Shown piece by piece: positions 56,258 to 64,000 of a stretch of DNA of 64,000 nucleotides (within the stretch, counting starts at the first letter, position 1; every line of letters starts with the position of its first letter). The DNA lies in NCBI RefSeq assembly GCF_009914755.1, contig NC_060940.1, one strand, 5' to 3'. Both the position numbers and the translations under genes were made by a program. Source of the stretch: the human T2T-CHM13v2.0 reference genome, Homo sapiens. The notes beneath the pieces were generated by a model. The model did not search any database. It was not told the origin of the DNA and saw nothing but the letters and a program-made list of their open reading frames with translations.

Positions 56258-56565
56258 TTTTTTGAGACAGGGTCTGGCTCTGTCATCTAGGCTGGAGTGC
56301 AGTGACACAATCACAGTTCGCTGCAGCTGTGAACCTCTGGGGCTCAAGCAATCCTCCTGCTTTAGCTTTCTGAGTAGCTGGGACTACAGGCATGGGCCAC
56401 CATGTGTGGCTGATTATTTTTAGAACTATTTTTGTAGAGATGGGGTCTTGCTACTTTGCCCAGGCTGATCTTGAACCCCTGGCCTCAAGCAATTCTCCTG
56501 CCTCGGCTTCCCAAAGTACTGGGACTACAGGTGCACCTGGGCCAGGTGCACCACTGTACCTGGCC
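56258..56565 (-). mobile_element. AluJ SINE
   Basis: J-type 'gagacagggtctggctctgtc...gggctcaagcaatcctcctgc...gagatggggtcttgctac'. Confidence 0.9.
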
Positions 56566-56820
56566 ACCAACAGTATTCTTAAATGAAATTCCATGTCACA
56601 TATTACTTTGGAGACATTATTGGTTAAATCATGAAGTGAAAAGGATTTGAGATGAACGCGAAGAGACAGGAAGCCTGTGTAAGCCTCCATCTGGACATTT
56701 CAAATTAAGTTGAACAAATACAATGTTGAAAAGGAAACATACGAACGAACAAAAAGCAAGCTGAAAAAAAAAAAACCTGAACTATTTTGTTTTTCTACAA
56801 CTGTATGCAATTGTGGAAGC

Positions 56821-58035
56821 TGTTGAAGGATCCCAGGAACTATCAGTCCAAAATATGATGCAATGGTTTGCTGACTACTTCAAGCTAAAGGCATTTGAGA
56901 AATAGCAAATGCACAGAAGGTCTTTTTTTTTTCTTTCTGAATCTCCCTTACCTAACTAAATGCACATTTTCCATAAGATACTCACTGTCATGAAAATCCT
57001 CCTGAGGAATTTTTATATCTATCTGGGAAGATTAACACACAACAGGAATGAGCCTAGAAGTCACTGGAAATTGGCTACTCATCCAGAGAGGCCACTGCCT
57101 ATTCTTCTGAAAGCCCATTCACGTTTTCATAATCCCTAGGTCACCTCCACTACCCTCCCAACTCCCCTGTGAAGGACGCCCTTCAGTGACGAGGTGTGGC
57201 GGGAAATAGGGGGAACACACAGAGCAGGACTACCTAACTGTTTTGGAGAAATTCAACAGCCATGTAGGTCTTTTTGGTTCTCAACTGCATTCAAGGTTTG
57301 CTCTACCCATCCTTGCCTAGGGGATTTCATCCACTCTGCTACCTCAATGCTGTCCTGCCGTCTACAGCTGCAAAACTTAGATTTTTAGTCTAAGTCTTTG
57401 CTTTCATCCCAAGACCTGTATCTTTAACTGGCTCTCTGACATATCAAATTCCACATGTGATGAAATCTTCTGGGTCACACTGGGCTCATGGGCACACATT
57501 TCTCTTCCACATGATGCCCCTTACACATTAACAGAATTTGTATGCTTTTCTCTTGTTCATCTGCCTATTGCTGGTGTATTTTAAACATTTTTTTTTCCTA
57601 GATGTCCTTTATTAAGTGATAAAATTTCCCTCTCTTCCTAGTTTGAAGTTTTCTTTCTTTTTTTTTTTATATATACTTTAAGTTTTAGGGTACATGTGCA
57701 CAACGTGCAGGTTAGTTACATATATATACATGTGCCATGTTGGTGTGCTGCACCCATTAACTCGTCATTTACCATTAGGTATATCTCCTAATGCTATCCC
57801 TCCCCCCTCCCCTCACCCCAAAACAGTCCCCGGTGTGTGATGTTCCCCTTCCTGTGCCCACGTGTTCTCATTGTTAAATTCCCACCTACGAGTGAGAACA
57901 TGCAGTGTTTGGTTTTTTGTCCTTGCGATAGTTTGCTGAGAATGAGGGTTTCCAGCTTCATCCATGTCCCTACAAAGGAAACATTTTACACTGGAACCTC
58001 CAGGAAAGGGAGCAGGAATCTCCACTGCCCCTACA
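56821..58035 (+). mobile_element. MER34-like ERV1 solo LTR interrupted by two insertions
   Basis: Starts TG 'tgttgaagg...ccaaaatatg...gctaaaggcatttgagaaatagcaaatgca'; 'atttgtatgcttttctcttgttcatctg'; resumes after the L1 and ends 'ccctaca'. Confidence 0.7.
57588..57978 (-). mobile_element. 5'-truncated L1PA (PA3-like) with 3' transduction
   Basis: L1 3' UTR about 57649-57978; extra segment 57597-57648 with AATAAA; second poly(A) 57588-57596; TSD AAACATTTT 57583-57591 and 57979-57987. Confidence 0.9.
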
Positions 58036-58204
58036 ATGTCTTGAGGAGAAGAAGAAAAAATGGTCTTCAAAGCCCAAGAAAAATTAGAAGAATTATCCAC
58101 ACACTTCCGAATGAAACTCAATGGACTGAGAAGAGAGGAGACGGTGTGTTTGGATGTTTGACAGGAATGACCTCCAAAGCTAGGATTAACCAAGAGTAAC
58201 TATT

Positions 58205-58738
58205 TGCCTTCATTTATACAGAAAATATTTGTTGAGCACCTGAAGTATTGCAGGGCACTCAGCTGGGTACAAGCGAGCCAAGAGTAGACACAACAGTATC
58301 TCTGGTTCAACATGAGCCGTTTGTCCCCAGGCTCACAATCACTTATGTTTGCAAGCTCAAAACCACTGGGCAGCTATTAGCTCTTGTTGGTCTTCAGCGT
58401 TCTAACACATTCCTTGCTCTACTTGGAAAACATTCCCCCTTTCCATCCCTATTCCCTTAACTTCTCAAGACATAATCCTGCTCATCCCTAAATATTCAAC
58501 TTAAAACATGTAATATTCAGACCACGTCTAGTCACACCATTCTGTTCCCAGTCTTTACGGTACTTGGCATAATTGTAATGAATTACTTGTGTAAAGCTCA
58601 TCTACACCAACGAATTGTGAAGCAGTACAAAGACATGGACAAGGTTTGTTTTGTTCCCATTGATAGTCCCAGCATCTCACTGCCTTAAACAATAGTTTCT
58701 TCATAGATGATGTGACCCGTGAATGAATAAATGGATGG
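58205..58738. mobile_element. L2 fragments (about 58205-58310 minus, 58480-58738 plus)
   Basis: 'aaatatttgttgagcacc' and '...gtgaatgaataaatggatgga'. Confidence 0.55.
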
Positions 58739-59579
58739 AAGGATAAGGAAATGGCAAGTGAACTCCCTCACCAGCTCCAGGACCTATAGGAGTCAGAGAT
58801 ATAGTTATCACCCTTGGGAAAAATACATTTTGTAGGCTTAAAGGCCCATTGTCTAACCAGACCACAAAACATTTCTTTACATCATCTACACCCTGGCTGC
58901 CAACTAACACCACAGAAGGTCTTTCAGCCTTGTCCCTGAACACAGACCTAAGAACACAAATTTCTCAACATCTGTAGACCTCGGACTCCAGGCTGAAGTG
59001 CCAAGATCTCTCTAATCCTCATTCTTAATCCCCCATGCTTTGGAGAAGGCCACCCACTCACCACAAAGCTGTTGTCCAGGGCTCCAACTCAGTATTGTAC
59101 TCACTCCTAGGAAAACAAGTGGAAGATGAAGAGGAGACATCATCCCACCCAGGAAGTGGGTCTGGTTATGAGACCGTCATACTTGCCTGCCTGGATTCAG
59201 GCCCCTCCCCAGGTCCAGAAAACAGAGTAGATCTTTCCCTTCTTTTTCAGATCCAAATCAAATTCAAACAAAACAAAAGCAAAAATCCTTCAGGCCTCAA
59301 TTTCAAATTCAAATGTGTCTACTGGTCAGCAGGTTCATTTGTGCCTCCTCCTGTCCATTCATCCGTTCAGCAAATATCAAGTCAGTGTTACATCTAGGCT
59401 TGCACTAGGTGGTTATACTATGGAAACAGACAGCAGAACTTACGCTCAGGAGGATTTATCGTACGGGCTGAAGGCTGTACCCATAAAGCACTGGACTTTC
59501 CAGACACCAAAGCTAAACTTCAATCTGGCAGGTAAAGGTTTTCAACTGGATAACTCAAGTAACTCTGAAAACTCTAGAG

Positions 59580-60051
59580 CTTAGTGCATCGTCTCATGTG
59601 ACAGCCGCTGCCCATGTGTGGTTACAGAACACTGGCAATGTGGCCAGTGTGTCTCTAGAACTAAATTATTAATTTTGTTTGACTCTAACTACTTTGTGTT
59701 TAAATTTAAAAACTGAAGCAGTGAAAATATTGTTTCTTTCTGTTAAGTACATCTTTATTGTTGTGGTCAAACTCCATTTCACTTTAACCTTATTGAACAT
59801 TTAGAATCCAAATTGAGATATACATCAAATTTTAAAGACTTGGCACCAAAAAAAAAAAAAAGATTTGTGAAATATCTCAGTAATACATTTTTTATAATGA
59901 GTATGCATTGATATCATAATACTTTTGATTTATGGCATTTAAAATAATATTAAAAATCATTTTAGCTGTTTCTCTTTACTTTTTTAAATGAGGCTGTTAC
60001 AAAATTTAAGATTTAAAATGTGGCTTACATTATATTTCTTATTGGACAGCT
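59580..60051 (-). mobile_element. Charlie1/MER33-like hAT element
   Basis: 'aatccaaattgagat...aagactt...tttctctttacttttttaaatgaggct...atgtggcttacattatatttcttattggacagc'; flanks ctctagag/ctatagat. Confidence 0.75.
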
Positions 60052-60073
60052 ATAGATGTCTTAATAATTAGCT

Positions 60074-60077
<4 letters not shown>

Positions 60078-60112
<35 letters not shown>

Positions 60113-60116
60113 ACAC
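60078..60116 (+). repeat. (CA)n microsatellite
   Basis: Seen directly. Confidence 0.95.
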
Positions 60117-61529
60117 GTGTGACCACTGAGATGTTCTCAGGGAGTTTTCATATCTGATTCCTTACACTCACCTAGCAATTCTGGTTGAGAAGTAAAAAGC
60201 CTTCTACTCCTTTTTAATTTCACATCCAAAAAGTATCATCCAAACTCCTCAGGACAGGATCACCTGTGATCATTTTTGGATGTTGGGAAAGCCAGCCTCA
60301 AACTATTAGCTTAGGTTTGAAGTTTATTCTTAATCTAGTTCATAATTCCACGTATTTCAAAGGAAAAAAGAGAGACCTTTCAGGCAGGTGGGATGCATTT
60401 CAAGTGGAGCAGACCCTGCTTTCAACAGATTCCCTCCCCCATGGCCACTGCCGCCCCTTCAGGCCTCCTGGGATTTCTGCTAAGTGGCTTTCACTACATA
60501 ATTAAATGCAAAGTCCTGGCAGGGCAGCGTTCCTCCTCTTTACCTTAGCAATTTTTTGTTTTGTTTTGTTTCAGGAGAAGACGGAAGGAGTATTTCTTGG
60601 TCCTAGGAAGTGTGCCTGCCTTGCTGGAAGACTTCTTTTTTGCATTTGTTACCTAGAAGTTTCTTTCTTCTAGTTGCGGGGGAGAAGGAAAGAAGAATTA
60701 TGGGGAAGAAAAGTGAGGAATCAGTTTATAGCCGAATAAGGTCAACAGTGTCAACTGGGGACCCAGAGATAGGCAAGGGGGAAGTAGCTATGAACTGGGC
60801 ACACTGGTTTACTTAGAAATAATACATCTTTGAGCCTGATAACCTCCCTGATGGAAGAAGACTTCCACTGGGCACATCCTGAAGAAGCCGCACTGTTTAC
60901 AAAGTACTGTCACCCACAGCGCCTTCTTTTGTCCATGTGACAACTCTCGGGGCATGGAGCACCCTGTGGCAGCCCACAGTGGTCCGACCCACCCATCTTC
61001 TTTGTTAATGAAAGTCAGGATTTTATTCAGGTCTGCCCAGACAGTGTGGCTGTGGGGAAATCTGGCAGATCCCCAGCCCTGTGGAGCATGTGTGGGGTGA
61101 ACCTTGACCAGTCCAAACCTGTAATGGTTAATTGCATAACCAAGGCCAACCATTGACAGAGGGATGGACGCCTGACAATTGCAGCCTATTAACTATGTGG
61201 GGAAGCGACTTCTGCAAAACATTCCTTGCTCTTACGAAGGAATAAAGGGCTGCACACTCTCTGCCTCTGGTTTTGGGTGGGCTGGTGTAAAAAATGTGGT
61301 ACCTCGAACCTTACACATGTCTTACATCTGAAGCTTGAGAATGGTGGAGCTGGGAGAGGGCAAGAGTCCGGGCCCTGACATCATTCAGCTGTGGAAATAA
61401 ACAGCTTTGCAAGGGCACCTACCCTTGGACTTCTTACGGGAGATAACTAGTCCCAGGGTGTTCACACCATTCAGAGCCAAATTTTCTGCTACCAAAGACC
61501 CAAAATACCCAGTTACAATCCTCTACGTT

Positions 61530-61735
61530 GCCTCTGCAAGCTGGGTCTATGGGAGTTGAACCCGGCCCAATTACCTGTTTTTGTGGAAAAAAGAAGCTTT
61601 ATTGAAACACAACCAGGGGCATTCATTTACATATTGTCGATGGCAGGGTTGAGCAGCTGCAGCAGAGATCATGTGGCCCTTGAAACCTAAATGATTGACT
61701 ACCTGGCCATTTACAGAAAAGGTCTGCTGACCTGG
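61530..61735. mobile_element. MER58A-like MITE
   Basis: 'cctgtttttgt...tttattgaaacaca...cattcatttacatattgtc...tggccatttacagaaaaggtctgctgacc'. Confidence 0.8.
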
Positions 61736-61777
61736 GACTATGATATCACAACTCTCCCTTACCTCCCTTTCACTCAG

Positions 61778-62132
61778 TGATATGGTTTCGCTGTGTCCCC
61801 ACCCAAATCTCACCTTGAACTGTAGGTCCCACAATCTTCACGTGTTGTGGGGGGGGGACCAGTTGGGAGGTGACTGAATCATGGGGGTGGTTACCTCCAT
61901 GCTGTTCTTGTGATAGTGAGTTCTCATGAGATCTGATGCTGTTATAAGGGGCTCTTTTCCCTTCGCTCAGCACTTCTCCTTCCCGCCTTCATGTTGCTTC
62001 CCCTTCTGCCATAATTGTAAGTTTCCTGATGCCTCTCCAGCCATGCTGAACTCTGAGTCAACTAAACTTCTTTCCTTTATAAATTACCCAGTCCCAAGTA
62101 TGTGTTTATTAGTATAAGAATGGACTGATAAA
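61778..62132 (+). mobile_element. THE1 (C/D-like) MaLR solo LTR
   Basis: 'tgatatggtttcgctgtgtccccacccaaatctcaccttgaa...ctttataaattacccagt...gaatggactgata'; 5-bp TSD ctcag/cttag. Confidence 0.92.
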
Positions 62133-62169
62133 CTTAGCAGGCTCAGGGATGTTGAAAGCCCTATACTGA

Positions 62170-62345
62170 GAGCACTATTCTGAAATATTCCGAGGTAGGC
62201 AGTATTTTCTACCACTTGATAGATGAGGAAACTGAAGTTCAGAAAGAGACAGTCTCTTGCTTCAAGTCACACAGCTAGAAACTGACAGGACAAGGATTGG
62301 ACATCAAGTCTGGCAGACTCTAGGCCATGCACAATTCACCCTGCA
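62170..62345 (-). mobile_element. MIR SINE
   Basis: 'gatagatgaggaaactgaagttcaga...gtcacacagctag'. Confidence 0.8.
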
Positions 62346-63378
62346 CTGATAGACCCTGGGCCACTCTGATCCTCCTGGCTCTTAGGTCTAGGTTTGTGTA
62401 TTAAAAACAAACAAACGCAACCAAACAAAACCCAACCAACTCACAGGTAATTCTGATCTGCATCCAGAACAACATCTCTGTAGATCATCAGTTTCTTTTT
62501 TTTAAAGAAATGTACATATCCATATATCTGTAAGGACCAATTAATTGCCAACACTCTGCCATTAGAGATACAAAGACAATCCCCATGCATCAATATAGGA
62601 CACAGTTTCATCTTTGTGGCACTTTTAGACCAATGTGGGACAGATTAATCTTAGGGTCTTACAAAAGGCTGTAAGAGCTGAGGGAATGGTCGGAGGGGCC
62701 TAGGCTGGGATTCACAGCAGGGAGTGGGGACTGTACTGCAAGACCCCCAGTCCTCCCTGTTGATGGCCCAGTGGATCCGTGCTGAGCTGACGGAGTGATG
62801 GTGCTTCTGGGAAGGAAGGGCCCATGGGAGCATCTTGCCCACCTTTCAGTGCTAACCAAACCAACCATCTCTGGAGGGTTGATCCTGGACATGCATTCCT
62901 TTCACTCTGCACCCTCGTGGCCATTTGGCCCTCCTGACCACGCCACAAGTGTGGATCTTGGGGGAAGAAGCCAAGGTTCAAGAGCAAAGTGTAATGTCCC
63001 CCATCCCCCAGCCTGAGTTAGTGGATGAACCCTGAACTGGAGTCTACTTGGCCTGAATCCTTCATCTTGGTGAGATGTGCAGGGCCCTAAGGAACCTCCA
63101 GTTCCCGACTCCTTCCACACTTCATGGAAATGGGACTCTCACCCGGAGGGAAAAGGCCTTTGGAACCCTGTGGTTTGATTTCCAAATCCTCTTTGGCTGC
63201 TGAAGCTTTTGAGGCTCTGATGGATGTAGGGACCCTCTTTCCAGAAAAATGGACTTGGATAGAATCTTGAATACCTCTTAGGGCATTTTATAGAGTCCTG
63301 GAAGGTAATCTTTTGGCTGTCTGGGATGAAGTAAATGCATATAAAGAAAGACTACCTACAATTGAGATGCAAACATTA

Positions 63379-63679
<301 letters not shown>

Positions 63680-64000
63680 TTAGCTAGAGGGGTCACTCAT
63701 TCAATCTGAGTTTTGATTACTACCTTAGTTTGATTATACACATACACAGATACATCCACATACTGTCAAATCAACTGAGAAACGGATCCATAGAAGCCAC
63801 AGGCAAGGGATTTTTTTGTTTTATCTTTTTGCTTTTTCTTTTTTAAAAAAAGTAAGTAAAAAAAATGACCAATGATATTAGCAAACTAGTTTTGTCTGTT
63901 TGTATATTTTTCCTGTCCTGATCTGGGTCAAATTTAATGAGAATTAAATAAAGTGAGGGCTTCAGAAGGTGAAGCATGGCCTCTCCCCACTGGGCTTGGC

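Overview
This is primate genomic DNA, human or great-ape like (AluY, L1PA and THE1 elements are present). It is non-coding: either intergenic or deep intronic. I find no supportable protein-coding gene, rRNA, tRNA or CRISPR array, and I cannot name the locus. The ORFs in the supplied track are chance ORFs or come from Alu, LTR, L1 or low-complexity sequence. The window is a dense fossil record of mobile elements: about 17 Alu/FLAM copies (most with readable target-site duplications, TSDs), many MIR and L2 relics, L1 3' ends, solo LTRs (LTR33, LTR16, MLT1, MER34-like, THE1) and DNA-transposon MITEs (MER1A/B, MER2, MER3, MER47A, MER53, MER58, MER63, MER91A, Tigger4a, Charlie1-like). Family names come from recalled consensus sequences, not a RepeatMasker run, and boundaries of old elements are approximate. 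The best-supported unusual observations are: (1) an L1PA insertion with a 3' transduction (second AATAAA and poly(A), one TSD enclosing both) inside a MER34-like LTR; (2) an apparently captured L2-containing segment in the same LTR; (3) two AluY copies at overlapping target sites; (4) several template-switch or microduplication scars; (5) a candidate exon whose 5' splice site lies in a perfect hairpin; (6) TE-poor, motif-rich candidate enhancers. I see no evidence for a new multi-gene system.
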